NCBI RefSeq assembly: GCF_038025025.1
Contig: NW_027117339.1
Coordinates: 1,364,001-1,428,000, forward strand
DNA length: 64,000 nucleotides
Reading direction: 5' to 3'
Source of the DNA: Phyllosticta citribraziliensis
Taxonomy: Eukaryota
Under the pieces are notes generated by a model. The model did not search any database. It saw only the letters and a program-made list of their open reading frames with translations, and was not told where the DNA came from. Shown one piece after another: positions 1 to 13,496 of the stretch. Position numbers and translations under genes: made by a program. Within the stretch, counting starts at the first letter, position 1; each line of letters starts with the position of its first letter.

Positions 1-3000
1 CAGCGACGTGAATAGGCGGGGAGTGGAGGGTATTGAGGCGCGCGGTCAAGGACAGAGCGCGAAGGATTGTTGGCGTAAGTTGATCCGCGGTTGGAAGGTA
101 AGCAGGTTGGATGCTGGCTATGAGGGCGAAGATGGCCGAGGTGCTTGTTTTGTTGCGCCTATTGATGAGTAGAGGTGGTTAGTGCTCAGCGGTCTTCGCA
201 GGGGAGGAGGATGACCTACACTTTTTCGTCTTTGCGCAAACCATCTCCGTCGTCAATATCCATCTCATCGCCGTCACCTTTTCCGGTGTACTCGTCAATG
301 GTCGGCTCGATGATGTCCGCTACCATCCAACTCCTCTCAATGTCATCCCGTGCCCTGGCGACTCGCCCCAGCGGCTCAAAAGCGTACTGCCGGTACGTCT
401 TGTTCTGTCGCTTTGACTCGCGAACAATAATCCTCCCAATCTCCTTTCGCACAGGCTCTTCAGGCCTCCACAATTGGCCGCTGCGCTCCACGAAGCGCGC
501 GAACGCATTCAAGACCTCTTCTTTGCCCTCCCAGCTCTTACCATCTACGGCCTTCACCAGCGCCGGCCACACTATCTCGGCGTTTGCGCGCGTCATATCG
601 TCCAAGGAGCTGGCGAGCGCATTGGAAGCTCCAGCGATAGCCTTCGCAGCCGCGTGCTTGAGTGCCCACTGCTGCGAGTCCAAGTACTTTTGGGCCAGCT
701 CAACAATATCTTTGACGTAGAGTTGGACAGCCATGGAGCCACCCACATTGTCATCCCATGCGCGATTGAAGACCTCGGCCACGGGAGCAGCTGTATCGTG
801 TTTTGCAACAAAGATGAACGGAAGCAACTCTGTGGAGAACGAGTTGAACTTGTCGGACGCATGTTTGGAGAAGGCAACAATGATGTCACCAGCTTCAACA
901 CGGTGTCGTTCGCTGTCCGACTCAAAGTACATGCGCTTGGTGAAGGCGATTAAGGACATCAGTGCTTTGTCCGAAGCCAGGCGTGCGAGGTATCCTACGG
1001 CGGCGGCGTACGCAGCGGACACAGTCTCATTGCGGTCGTGAATGAACTTCTCAAGAAGCTTGAGGAAGTGATCGGCGTACGGTTTGAACAAAAAGCTCCG
1101 GCGAGTCGTCAAGGAGACGAGTACTCGGCTGGCGCCGACCTTCGAGGGAAGGCTCATGGCAGTCTTGATGGCGCTTTCGAGCCGTGGTTTCAAAGCCTCC
1201 ATGGACTCGGGGTCGAGATGATCGATGCAAGATTCGATGGCCTCCATGACTGGGGATTTCCTGATACCGCCAAGGCGTGCGTCGTCAATCTGTTGTTCTG
1301 TAAGCCCGTACTCCTTCGCCTTCATGTGCAGCATGTTGATCGATTCATGTTCCGTGTCGCTGAGGAAGGAGATGAGGCGCTCCACGAGTTCCGGAATGTA
1401 CTGGTTTAGAATCTTTGCACTGCTCTTCTTGATGATCTCCAGTAAAGTGTGCATGGCAAATGCTTGAGCCTCCTTCACACTTGATCCGATTCCAGAATTG
1501 GACATCAGAAAAGGGAGGACATGTGCGAGCATTTTATTAGCCTTTTTGGACGAACCGTCGCCAGATTCTAGGCTACGGGTCAAGATGCCAACCAAGACAC
1601 GAGCAAGACCAGCGGCGGCTTTCCGGACAGAGTCTTTGATGTCGTCCAGTACTTTGAAGCACGCAGTCCAGATGTCGCCCAGATATTTCTCGTACTAGAT
1701 TGAACCAGTCAGCAGGACAAATACTATGGGAGGAGGGATTTTCACCTTTTCGATTTCTCTGCCCTGGACGAGATCAGCTATCGCGGCACACGAAGCTTCT
1801 CTAGCACGCCACTCTCTGCCTAGAATGTTCTGCAACAGATCTTGCATGATGGCGTCAAAGTGTTGGTTCAGGGTGGCATTGGAGTCCTTGACAAGTGCAT
1901 CCCAAATGTCTTTCATAGAGCGTTGGACATTGGTATTCGGATCAAAGCTGATTTTGTCAGCTCCCTGTCATATCACCTCTCAATAGGGCGCTTACCGATA
2001 TCTGTAGAGCTTTGGATAGAGCTTTGGATTCGCCGCCAAATACCCGTCCACACTGGAGTCGCTTAGGACAGTACTGAGACCAAATCGACCAAACGCAGCA
2101 CGACTTGACCAGATGGCGTTGTTGGAAGCTAAGGACATGAACCGGTACACCAAACTCGGATCGCCAACTTCAGAAGCAAGATTGAGAATGTCTTTGTACG
2201 TCGTTACGCTGCCGTCGCCTGTTGGCAAAGCTCCAGGCTCGAAAAGCTGAGTGTCATCGGAAACGTTTCCAGAAAGTTTTGGTTTGTTATCAGAGAAGCT
2301 GCCGACGAGGTCACGGACCAAATCGTCTTTCAATGACCGATCTCCCTTTTCGTAAACCAAGCCGAGCCCGCGAGAGGCCGCTTCTTGAACGACTTCGTCG
2401 CGGTCAGACAGACAAAGCTTGAATGCGTTTTGACAGTCACCCAATCGAGTCTGGACCTGAGAAAGGTGTCCGCAAAATTTAACCAGACACAAGAGCCAGA
2501 TTACAGACGCCTTCTTTAGCGCCGGCTTGGTTTTGCGACAATTCCCCAGTACTTGGTCCAGGATTCGGGGCAGGGTGTTGAGTCTTGAAGGCCCTCTCGG
2601 AAATGAAGCGTCGATATCCATTTTCGGTGCCAGCACAGCAGAGTCCCAGCTGGCGGCCAAGCAGCTGACAGCCTCGCCAATGGCGAATTGGGATTCCGCT
2701 TGGCGGACTTCATGAAGTTCGAAAATCTGGTCTTCGATGTACTTCAGGTTCGGGTCATCATCCTTCTCATCAGGCACCATGCTGAAATGTCCAAGAGCCA
2801 ATATTGCTCTTTCGCTTCCGGCCTTGGCGCTCTTCATGACCTCGTCTACGATGGTGGTATAGTTGGCCTTGGCCACCACAAAGGCAGGAATGTTCTCGGG
2901 CTTGATGACATAGAACAAAGCCAGCTGACTGAGAGCCAGGTATGTCGATTCCCTCAAAGTTTTATCAGTGGACTCCTTCAGAATGTCGATAAGGTTCGCG

Positions 3001-5652
3001 GAGAGCGTGACCAGATTTTCTTGAGAAGCAGACCCGCGACGCCGTCTTGCAACAAGTCTGCTACAGTAGTACGCCACCGCAAGGAGGGCACCGGCAGCTT
3101 GATTGACTTGACTGCCCACTGATTCCCGCCATGGTGCTACTTTTTCGAGCAAGAAATTGAGGGATTCTTCGGCGTCCGATGCCATAACAGCACTGTGAGT
3201 TGCGAGTAGGCCGTATGCGTGTGCAGCAACAGCTCGAGTCGGCTCGTGATTGGACAGGATGCACGGCTCGAGCGACCTGAATGCCGGTGCAGCACCGGAC
3301 ATGTCCAGCAAATCGTCATGACTCAAGGCACAGAGTTCGACAAATTTCTCGCCGCATTCGCCAAGTCCTACGCCCCCTTCCCATATGAGACCCTCGAAGC
3401 CACCACACATGAGAGCGAGGACAGAATGCAGTATTTGGCCTTGCTCTTCGGTGGCTCTGATTAGGTAGGACTTGACAGCATCTCTCGCGCGCATGTCTGC
3501 TGAGACAGCAGTATCCAGCTTCCTCGCCCAGTCGGCGTCTACTGGGAGATCATAATCCTGGGTCCTAAGGGCTTCGTTCAGGCAGATGCGACGGAGGTAT
3601 GAAAACGAGGCTGCATATGCATGCGCATAGTGCTGCTTGAACTGCAAGATTTGTTGACGTGGACGTATCTTCGAGCTTGATGGCGGCTCGTTTGAGAGGG
3701 AAAGCAGATACTTTGACAGCTTCTCAAAGTCCGGGAATGAAAACTCGTCGTTAGGTCGGTCTAATGAAGAGTACAAGAGGCAAGACCAATGTGGGTCGAG
3801 TCCACGATTGCCCTCTTCTCGAACTTCCTGTCCTTCGGACGACGGACCACTTATGGCCAATATGTCAATCCATCGAGCCACAACATCGCTGTACGGCAAG
3901 CATCTGTTGGCGAAGCGCACTGCAGCATACCGAGTGCTGCGGCGGGGTTTCGAATGCTCGTCATCTTTGTTTGTGTCGTCTTCCATTTGTTCGAGAAGTA
4001 ATTCTCGGAGGCTCTTGTGGATCTCGGCATTGTTGAAAGATGACAGTGCACCGAGAACACTTGAAAGACATTCGTCTATGCTGACTGCAGTATCCCTTCC
4101 AGAGTTGTCTTCGCTCAGAGATCTGAACAGCCATCGGAGCAAGCTCAAGTTCGGCTCAAGAATGGTTTCTTCTGGCGCAGCTTTCGCGAGGAGGCCAATC
4201 ACTTCAAAAACGACCCCGCGCAAGGCAATGTCTTCGCCTGGGTTTGGTTTTGGCCATCCTTGGTCCTCGACAAAGGATTTTAGTCGATGCACAAGCGTAG
4301 GTCCCACAACCCGTAGATCAGATGGTGATCCACAACGCGCCAGAAAACTGACAAACGTGAAAATTGCAGATCTCAACTTGAAGACCTCCCTACCGCGAGC
4401 ACCAGCCGGGGCTTGAGAAGAGGCCCCGTCGCCCCCTGATTCAAATGTCAGACCTTCCTCGACAAGTCGGCAGACATTGTCCGTGAATGTCGTGGCTTTG
4501 ACGGATTTGGCGAGGTAGGACAGAATCTTGATCCTTAGGGCTGGTCTTGCGGGCTGCGGGCCGCCAGGGGTCTGGCTACCAAAGTAAATGTCATAGAACT
4601 GACGAATGGTTTTGGAATCTTCCAGATCTGTTTTGGGAAGGGTTCTCTTTAGCATATCATCACCAATATCAGAGATTCGCGAGTTTGTGTCTGCTGACGC
4701 ATAAACGGCGGGAAATAACCTCTCCTCGTCGGTGAACATGCCACTAGCGAGAAATTTTGAAGCCATGACTTTGGCCTCTGCAAGATTCATGCCACCTTCA
4801 GCCGATGGGTCCCAGACGCCTGGGCTCCCTTGGAGTGACAGGAACTGGTATTCATCGGAGGATATTCCTGGACAGGTAATAGACGTTCCCGTTGCGGAAG
4901 GTCCTGTCCGGACCACAGAAAAAAGAATCAGCTTGCCGAACCAGAAAGCCAGAAACTTGGCATCTTCATCGCTGACACCAAGCCTTTCCCTCAACTGCTC
5001 ATCGTCTTTGCTTCCTCGTGGTGGTAGACGGAAGTGCGCCAGAAGACGCAGCAACAGGTTGAAGAGTTGCGATCCATGTTGAGCTGCCTTGGCTGTGTCG
5101 GCGGCAATGCCGTTGATCAGTACCGGCAAAAGGTCAAGCTTATCGTTGAGCGGTTGTCGCGCTAACCCTCGCTGAATGTACAAAAGGTCAAAATGGCGAA
5201 TCAGCGGGACGTCGGCATGCTCTTTGAATTGCTTCAACAGGGCACCGACAGGTAATTTGATGTCCCTGAGAAGGAAAAAGAAAACGTCAGCCAGAGACTC
5301 ATTGATAGTTTCAGGGGAAAAGACTCACTGTGGTCTCACACGAGTGTTTATGTGCTGACAGACGGCTATAACCTGCAAGTCAAGCGGTGCATCAGCGGCG
5401 ACATAGCACGTGAGGCGTGATTGCTTCGCGACCAAGGCGGGAGATGCGGCAAAATCCACCGGGTGGAAGTAATAAGGCACAGAGACAACGTACCTTTTGA
5501 CGCACGCTGGGATGCTCGGAAGCTAGCTTGAGTAAAAGCGGAGACAGGTAGGTGTTGAGGAGAGACTCCAGCTTCGCGTCCGAGTCGGCCAGCGCTATGC
5601 GCAACTCGACCTTGCCGATGAGCTCAAGCTCCCGGGTCTCGTTGGAAGCCAT
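1..5652 (-). CDS. ECM29: Proteasome adaptor/scaffold Ecm29 (HEAT-repeat protein), multi-exon, runs off the window at the 3' end
   Basis: N-terminus MASNETRELELIGKVELRIALADSDAKLESLLNTYLSPLLLKLASEH and motifs DPSLVYRFMSLASNNAIWSSRAAFGRFG, KLYPKLYRYRFDP and EWRAREASCAAIADL are typical of Ecm29. ORFs 5392-5727, 1992-5237, 1695-1916 and 216-1595 are joined by GT-AG introns, and the last exon is open to position 1. Confidence 0.93.
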
Positions 5653-6279
5653 GATAGCGCGGTGGAGAGTCAACAAGGGGAATAAAGGTACCCTCTTGCC
5701 ATGGAGACGAGCGGATCCCAATCTCAAGACTGCCGTGGGGACGTGAGGTGGAGGTCGAACGTGTACTGGGATTACTCACCTAGAGCGCAGACGGGACTGT
5801 GGCCATGCCCGGGCGGTCCAGGCAGGCGCCGCCTGCGCGGCACGGCAGTGGCACCAGTGGTAGACCGCCAACGGGCCGATGATCTGCCGCACTCACCGCC
5901 CGCGGTACGGTACTGGCAGAAGCGATGACGCTGCCCAGTGCAGGTGCTCCAACTCCCCGGCCAGCTGCCTTTTGCCGCGCCCTTCACCCATCCTCTCTAA
6001 GCTCAACACCCACTGTCGCGGCGACACTCATCTATTTCTCTGCACTCACTCTCATTCTCTCTACAGACTTTGGGCGCCCCCCGCCTCGTCGCAACCCGCC
6101 ACAACCACTTTGCACCTATCAAGTCTCGGCCATTCGCTCTCCACGCCCCGGCGCATCTGCACCTTGGCCTTCTTCGCGCCGTTGCAGAGCTCATCTGTGG
6201 ATCACGACATCGACATCGACCTCTCAGCGCTTGCTGTGTAAGCCTGTTGCCAGGCACTCTCTCGTATCCCACCACCGCC

Positions 6280-7890
6280 ATGGACGACAACATTGCCAAC
6301 TTTACAAGCATCACTGGCGCCGATCCTCAGCGAGCGACCCAGTATCTCCAACTCACCGATGGCAACCTCGAGCAAGCCATCCAACTCTTCTTTGACAGCC
6401 CCAACTTGGACGTTGGTGGGTCCGCCACTCAGCCAGCAACGTCCGATAGCGGCCAAGCGCATGAGCCCATCCGCATCGACTCGGATGACGATGATCTTGA
6501 CGAAGATGAAGCCATTGCCACCGAATCCCGTCAAGGCAGTGGCCCGCCCGGTCACAATGTAGATGATGATGAGGCCATGGCCCGCAGGCTCCAGGAAGAA
6601 ATGTACGGCGACGGTGCCAATGACCCCATTGGTGGTGTACGCGCCCCGATGGCACGCACAACCGAGACATTGGTGGGTCCCGGCGCAGGCTACGATGATG
6701 AGGATGGCATGCATGCTGCCATCATGTCACAGATGGCTAGGAGAAGAGGCGCACCAAGTGAGTTTGATACCTCTGAACGAAGGGCAACTTGGATCTGACA
6801 AAATTTAGCTCGGCCGGGCATTTTCAACCAGCGCAACACGGCGTCCGTCTGGGATGAGGGCGAAGGCGATCCCTCTGCCCGCCGCCGGAACCTTGCTTCT
6901 TCGACCGGCGGTGCATCCGAGGCTTCTTCGAAGTCCAATCTTCTCGCCGAGCTCTATCGTCCACCGTTCGAAATAATGTCGCCGCTGGGGTGGGACGAGG
7001 CCCGCGACGAAGGCAAGGCCGACCAGAAGTGGCTGCTCGTCAATGTCCAAGACCCGGCGATTTTCGATTGCCAGGTCCTGAACCGCGATATCTGGAAGAA
7101 TGACCAAATCAAAGACACTGTCAAGGAAAACTTCATCTTCCTCCAGTACAACAAGGACGATGCTAGTGGTCAGAACTACATCAACTACTACTTCCATGAG
7201 CGGGACAACCAAGCTGCTTATCCACACATCGCCATTGTGGATCCCAGGACCGGCGAACAAGTCAAGGTCTGCGCCTCCGGTCCGCCTGTGCCTAAACCGA
7301 TGGAGTTCTTGATGCTGCTGCACGAATTTCTGGATCGCTACAGTCTCGATGCCAAAGCTCGCAACCCTGTCGCTCAGCGCAAGCCGGAGAAGAAGAGCAG
7401 GGATGTTCACCGCATGACGGAGGAAGAAATGTTGGAAATGGCTCTTCAAAACAGCCTGGCAAACGAAGGAGAGGGTCCAAGAGCTGAGGATCCCGACGAC
7501 CTCACCAAGGCCCTGGAGGGCAAAGGCAAGGGCAGGGCGGAAGATGTCGAAATGCAGGAATCCGCAACCGCCTCCCACTCTGATTCCGTCTTTGCTCAAA
7601 TTTCATCCGACAACCCTCACACGGAACCGGACAACGACCCCAAGACGACCACTCGCATTCAGTTCCGCCACTCGAATGGTCGCGACATTCGCCGCTTTGC
7701 CGTTACCGATCCAGTGCGCCGAATCTATGAATGGCTCAAGGCTTCGCCTCTCAAGGGATTCGAGGGCAAGGAGGGCGCCGAGTTCGAGCTCAGTTTTATG
7801 GGAAAGAACCTGATTGATCTCCTCGACCAAAGCATCGAGCAAGCTGGTTTGAAGAATGGAACCGTCATGGTTGAGTACGTCGAGGGATAG
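6280..7890 (+). CDS. UBX-domain Cdc48/p97 adaptor (UBA-like + UAS thioredoxin-like + UBX; Ubx5/UBXN7 type)
   Basis: ATG at 6280 starts a UBA-like segment (MDDNIANFTSITGADPQRATQYLQLTDGNLEQAIQLFF). Intron ~6758-6808 (GTGAGT..TTTAG). UAS segment KWLLVNVQDPAIFDCQVLNRDIWK and C-terminal UBX TTRIQFRHSNGRDIRRF...SIEQAGLKN. Confidence 0.92.
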
Positions 7891-8944
7891 AGCATTTGCG
7901 TCGTAGCACTGGGGATGGCGCTGGCAGGCTGAGGTCCTCCTTTTTTCATTTCAGTGGCATCATTGGCGTTCTACGGTCCATGGAGACCTTGGAGGAGTAG
8001 ACGGGATTTGCAACAGTGCATACCTTGACAGGTACCGGCGGCACTATCTAGCACCTTGCTTCTTTGGGAGAGGACGAATGAGTGCTGTTTCGAGCACTAA
8101 TAGACGGATATCACTCTGCGGAGCTAGCTGGATGCCTTGCTCAGACCAGCGCTAGGTCTCGGATGCAAGCAGCTCCAAGTAGACCTTCAGCCTCATTTTT
8201 TTCTCTTTGGTATTTTCCCGCTTGCCAAAAGCAAGAATAATACTCACACCCCCACATCTCCGCACTTCTGCACTTGTCACCCCACATCTCTCCGCACCTC
8301 ACCTCCCTCGTATGCGGGTGATTGTGGCTCTATGCGCGCCTGCTCTAGTTCTACTACCTGCCCCTCTTACCACTGTCGGGTCTTGGCATCTTGCGAATCG
8401 AATGCTGGCAAATACACGGGGAAGGGCGCGTCGACAGGTGCACATGGATTTTCCGAGCTGCTCATGGAGTGGAGAAGAGAAAGCCACAGTGCAGTACAGC
8501 AGAGGACGAGAGTAGGGTATATTGTGTATACAATAGCCACACAAGAGAAGGGATTGGTAGACTGTGACATGGGCAGATTGGAGAGTTGATGCAGAAAGAC
8601 CAGGATGAAAATCAGAAGGTAGAGCGGGCGACGCCGCAAGTGTCGTTTGAGAAGATAGTAGATGCTGATGCATGAAATAATAATATTACTGCCCTTCCAG
8701 GGACACTCAAATGCTGATCCGAAGCCTGAAACTGCCCGGCATGCGTCTGAAAAGAGGAAGAGAGGTGTTTGATATCCGCGAAAAAGAACAGAAAGACAGA
8801 AACGCCGCCCATGTCATCGTAGGTAGTCCAAGGAAAAAACCGGAAGCGCCTGCCGTCGTCCATCCGTTTTTCACATCAACAAGAAAAAGGGAAAGGGCCC
8901 CTTCACATCCAGCATTCCGGATGATTCAAGCGTGGGAGCGTCGT

Positions 8945-9247
8945 CTAGCGACCCATGGCCCTGAAAGCGCGTTCGGCGCAGGCATCGCAGCCAATCTCGT
9001 CGTACTCGCTGTTCAAGCAAGTGCAAAAGACGCCCTTGATGATGGCGGGCTTGGTGGCAGTGGTGGTGATGTTCGCCTTGTTGCTCGCGGGCTCGAGATC
9101 GGTGGCTGCGGGCGTTGAGGGCAGCGACTGGTCGTCGTTGGGGTGCTCGATGGCGCTGAGGGCGCGTTCGATGCATTTGGCGCAGCCCAGCTCGTCGTAG
9201 GTTGGGTCGAAGCAGGTGCAGATGATGCCGCTGACTGGTGCTGGCAT
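8945..9247 (-). CDS. Small hypothetical protein (100 aa) with two Cys-rich repeats
   Basis: ATG at 9247 in acaATG context after a CA-rich leader; TATAAA-like element ~9500. Two repeats: GIICTCFDPTYDELGCAKCIERA and GVFCTCLNSEYDEIGCDACAERA. Confidence 0.7.
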   Translation of the reverse strand: MPAPVSGIICTCFDPTYDELGCAKCIERALSAIEHPNDDQSLPSTPAATDLEPASNKANITTTATKPAIIKGVFCTCLNSEYDEIGCDACAERAFRAMGR

Positions 9248-10169
9248 TGTGGAGGTGGTTTGTTGTTGTTTTTTGTTTGAGGTGTTTGAGGTAGTGGTTG
9301 AGTGTGTTTCTGGGGGTGGCAATCTCCAAGTAGGTAGATTGATATAGGTAGGCAGGGAATTTGGGTCGAAGTAGCCAGATGACCAGGGCGTGGGGGTTGG
9401 TCAGATGCAGAGTTGGTAGTGAGATAGTTGTCTCGATGTAGTTTGAGTCTTTGGATGATGTCCAGAAAGAAGGCTTTACTGCCACACAGAAACGCCTAGC
9501 TTTATATCAAACGTGAACACCAGGATGCACATGAAGAAAAAACTCATCCATGACGCCAATACCAGCCAAGCAAAACTGGGCCATGACTCGCAGGGCTGGG
9601 GTGGCAAGAAGGGGAAACCGGATCACCCCACCGTCAGCAAGACAGCTGCACAGGCTACATAGCACAGCCTGGGCCCAGTCTCGAGGGCTCTTCCGAAACC
9701 AAACGAGCCTAAGCGCTCAGGAGCTGGTGGTTCGAGCGGTCGACTGACCGGAATTTGTCTGCCTCCAGGTGTTGCAACGTGGGACCTGACGGCCTCGCGA
9801 CAAACCGCCGGATGCGCCCAGTGTGCCGTCGGGAAAAGTCGCGACCTCTGACTTGACCAGCCTCCGTGTATTCCCAGCGCCCATCACAATTTTCCAAGTC
9901 GTGACACCTACGCAATGCACAGGAGGCTCTGTAGTTCCAACCAGCTCTTGCCGCACATCTGCCCGGGCTGCTCTTTGGGGAAACCGGGAATGCCAGGTCC
10001 AACCAAACCAGACCATGAACTGCCCGATCGTTTGCTGGCAAGCGTTGCTTTTATGCGCCCAAGAGCGGTGATGCTGTCTAGGGTCCAAGCTCGAGTACCT
10101 AGCGCTGCATCCGCCTGACGCCATGCCTGCTCCTCCAGCCATTTCATCTACAAAACCCCCAGATTCAAC

Positions 10170-11370
10170 ATGTCGACCGCGCCCAAAACGCTCGGACACG
10201 TCGCTGTCGTCGGAGGCTGCGGCTTCCTCGGTCGTCACATCGTAGACCTGCTCGTCGAACGGTTCCCCGAGAGCCGCGTCTCCGTCCTCGACCTGCGCAC
10301 GTCCAAGAACCGCAACCCGTCGTCCAAAGTCTCGTACCACGATGCCGACATCACCAGCGAAGAGTCAACCAAGTCGCTCTTTGAGAAGCTGAGGCCTGAT
10401 GTCGTTATCCACACGGCCAGCCCCGTTGCGCATGGCATTCCGCACGAGGTCATGTACAAGGTCAACGTAGACGGAACCAGGAACTTGCTGCGCGCTTCGC
10501 AGGAGAGCGGCGTCAAGGCGTTTGTCTACACGAGCAGCGCAAGCGTCATCTTCGACAGTACGACTGAGCTCGTCAATGCCGACGAGTCGTACCCAGTGAT
10601 TGCTGGCGACGACCAGCCGAGCTACTACACGTCCACCAAGGTGCGCCTCTTGCTCTCCAACCCTTGCCTATTCTGACTGACCCAATCATCTGCAGGTCTG
10701 GGGCGAGCAATCCGTACTCAAAGCCAATCGCACAGAACTCTACCCTCGCTTCCTCACATGCAGCATCCGACCAGCTGGCATCTTCGGCGAAGGCGACGTA
10801 CAAATGCTGCCCCAAATGCTCGGCGCCTACTTCCGCAAGCAACACAAGTTCCAGCTCGGCGACAACACCAACCTCTTCGACTTTACGTACGCCGGCAACG
10901 TGGCGCACGCGCACCTGCTCGCCGCCGCGGCGCTGCTCCAGACGTCGGCGCTGCACCCGACGGTGCCGCTCGACTCGGAACGCGTCGACGGCGAGCCCTT
11001 CTTCGTGACAAACGACCAACCCGTTCCCTTCTGGGACTTTGCCCGCGCCGTCTGGCGCCAGGCCGGCCCGCCGCTACCCATGGACAAGGTCTGGGTGCTG
11101 CCCAAGGACGTCATGCTGCCCATCGGCTCGCTGCTCGAGTCGATATTCTGGGTCTTTGGCAAGAAGCCCAGCTTGAGCCGCGAGCAGGTCTTCTATAGCA
11201 CCGTCAGGAGGTACTACAACATTGACAAGGCCAAGCGTAGACTGGGTTATCGCCCCGTCGTCCAGTTGGGCGAGGGAATCAAGAAGGGTGTCGACGAGGT
11301 GCTCGACCGTGACGGCCCCGAGTGGGCTTGGGTCAAGGCGGGGGCAGCAGCGCCGCAAAAGTCTGGCTAG
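10170..11370 (+). CDS. ERG26: C-3 sterol dehydrogenase / sterol-4-alpha-carboxylate 3-dehydrogenase (3-beta-HSD family)
   Basis: Rossmann motif VVGGCGFLG, VIHTASP, FVYTSSASV, catalytic YTSTK, then RPAGIFGEGD and FDFTYAGNVAHAH. One intron, 10641-10695. Confidence 0.9.
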
Positions 11371-12492
11371 CAGCCTTGAGGAGAATTGGTTATTGTGGTG
11401 GGCACGTTTATCTATGGCCCATTCGACTTTCGTGTAAACACTGTAATAAGATCTTGTGGAGGAAGAACCGCACGGGGCGCAAAGCTCTATCGTCAGCACT
11501 CGATTTTCAACCCTAGTTGAAGAATGAGAGTATCGGGAGACTGCCACGTACTCCGTATTTTTCTCATCACAGTACAGAGCAATCCCTCATCCTCTCGAAC
11601 CTCTCAAGAAAAACGGATCAGTCCCTCCGCCAAACCCCATCAACGATCATTCCAAACTCCACTTCCCCCGCAAACAGGCCACATCACTGAACCCCAATCA
11701 GTTGCACTAACCCCAAATCAGCCTAGCCCCCGCCCCGCGTTTCGGCTCGTCGTCTGCCGCAAGGGCCATCGGGCCGGCTCCCGCAAACGGTCGGCCCGCA
11801 GAGCAATCCAGGAGGGTTTGGAGGAATGAGGTCATTGGCTAAGAATGACAAAGTATTTTGCCATGTATGTAGTTGAGCGGGAAACGGTGGTTCTCCGGTC
11901 AGACGCGAATGCTGGCATCGATCGGATGTAAGTCAGATGGCTCGGAAGCAAACATGGTGCCTAGATCCTCGGCAAGCACAATCACATAGGTCTTTAGGCA
12001 CCATATCGGAGCGAGCGAGTTGCGTCACGGGCCCGAGTCTAAGGCAGGTACGTCCCGTCGTTCGTCGAGGGTACCGCTGCTAGCGCGAAGAACAGCGCAG
12101 ACGCCTAGAGGCAGGCAGATCGCGAAGAGGCGAGCGAGGTAAGGCGTGGTGAGGTTGTGGGATCGGTAGGCTCGTCTATGACGGCATGACTGTCTCACAC
12201 TGCGGGCCAGGCGGCGTGATTCTGAGATGGCTGCTAGTGTAGCTGATTACGTTTGTTGTGGACGATGCGCTTCATAAACGTGTTGTGAGATTGGTAGTGG
12301 TCAAAGGTTAATTTCCAATCCAAGCCGATCTGCTGCGTCCTCCTGAATCCTTGCAGCCTATGGTAGCTTTCTTATATGCTTGTGCGGATCTCCCGTTTGC
12401 CTTTGAGAACTGTCTGTCCTATCTTCGCACGCTCGAGTCGACTCGCCGTACCGTTGCTCTTTCGGGAATTTAGTAGCAACCTGGCTTGCAAA

Positions 12493-13496
12493 ATGCCGTC
12501 GCAGGACAAGTACACAGACCCCGAGTTGAGGGAGCAGGTCAAGGAGGAGATCAAGGAAGGCGACAAAGGCGGGGCCCCAGGTCAGTGGTCTGCCCGCAAG
12601 GTTTGTATTCCCCACCCCTTTTTCGGCAGAATTGAGTGAGTAGAGCTCACGCGCCACAGGCACAAATGATGGCTTCCGAGTACAAGAAGCGCGGTGGCGA
12701 CTACACCACTTCGAAAGATGACCAAGTCAAGTCGCAAAAGAACTTGTCCAAGTGGACAGACGAAGAATGGCAGACCAAAGAGGGCAGTGGTCACGCGAAG
12801 CAGTCAGATGGTACCGAGAAAAGATACTTGCCCAAAAAGGCTTGGGAGGACATGAGCGAAGGGGAGAAGGAAGAGACAGAAAAGGCAAAGGTGGAGGGAG
12901 GGAAGCAGGGGAAGCAGTACGTTGGCAACACGGACAAAGCTAAGAAGAGCAGGAAGAAAGCGAGTGACGAGGCTGAAGAAAAGGACGAGGAGAAAAATAG
13001 CGCGTCTGAGGAAGAACGTGCCGATGATGCCGAACAAGAAAACGGGTCTGCCTCTGACAACGGAGAAGAGTCTCCATCTGATGGAGAGAAGAAGAAAACA
13101 AGGGGTCAAAAGCGTGGCCGACCTCGCAAGTCCGAGTCGTCGCCCAATAAAAAGTCGAAAACCGACGCAAGGACAGGCGAGCAGAATGGCTCCTCGAAGG
13201 GTTCCCAGGATGTGAAAGGCGCTAAGAACGGCGACACAGTTGGATCCAAGCACGACAAAGCTGAACCACCAGCAGAACAAGGCTCCAAGGACCGCTTACC
13301 AAAGGAGGGCCAGAATGTCCACTGGAAGGCTTTGCCAGGCTATGTCGAGGGTGAAGTGGTGGAAATTGTGGACGAAGAAAAAGAGGTGGAGGGTAAGCAG
13401 GTCAAAGGCAGTAAGGGTGACCCAAGAATCGTGTTGCGCAGCAAGTCGACAGGGAAGATCTGCGTGCATAAGCCAGAGGCCGTCTTCTTTGACTAA
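12493..13496 (+). CDS. Charged protein with an N-terminal DUF5872-like domain and a C-terminal DUF2945/Hva1 Tudor-like domain
   Basis: MPSQDKYTDPELREQVKEEIKEGDKGGAPGQWSARK, intron ~12601-12659, then AQMMASEYKKRGGDY..RYLPKKAW. C-terminal VHWK..VEGEVVE..DPRIVLRSKSTGKICVHKPEAV. Domain names are from memory, not from a search. Confidence 0.8.
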
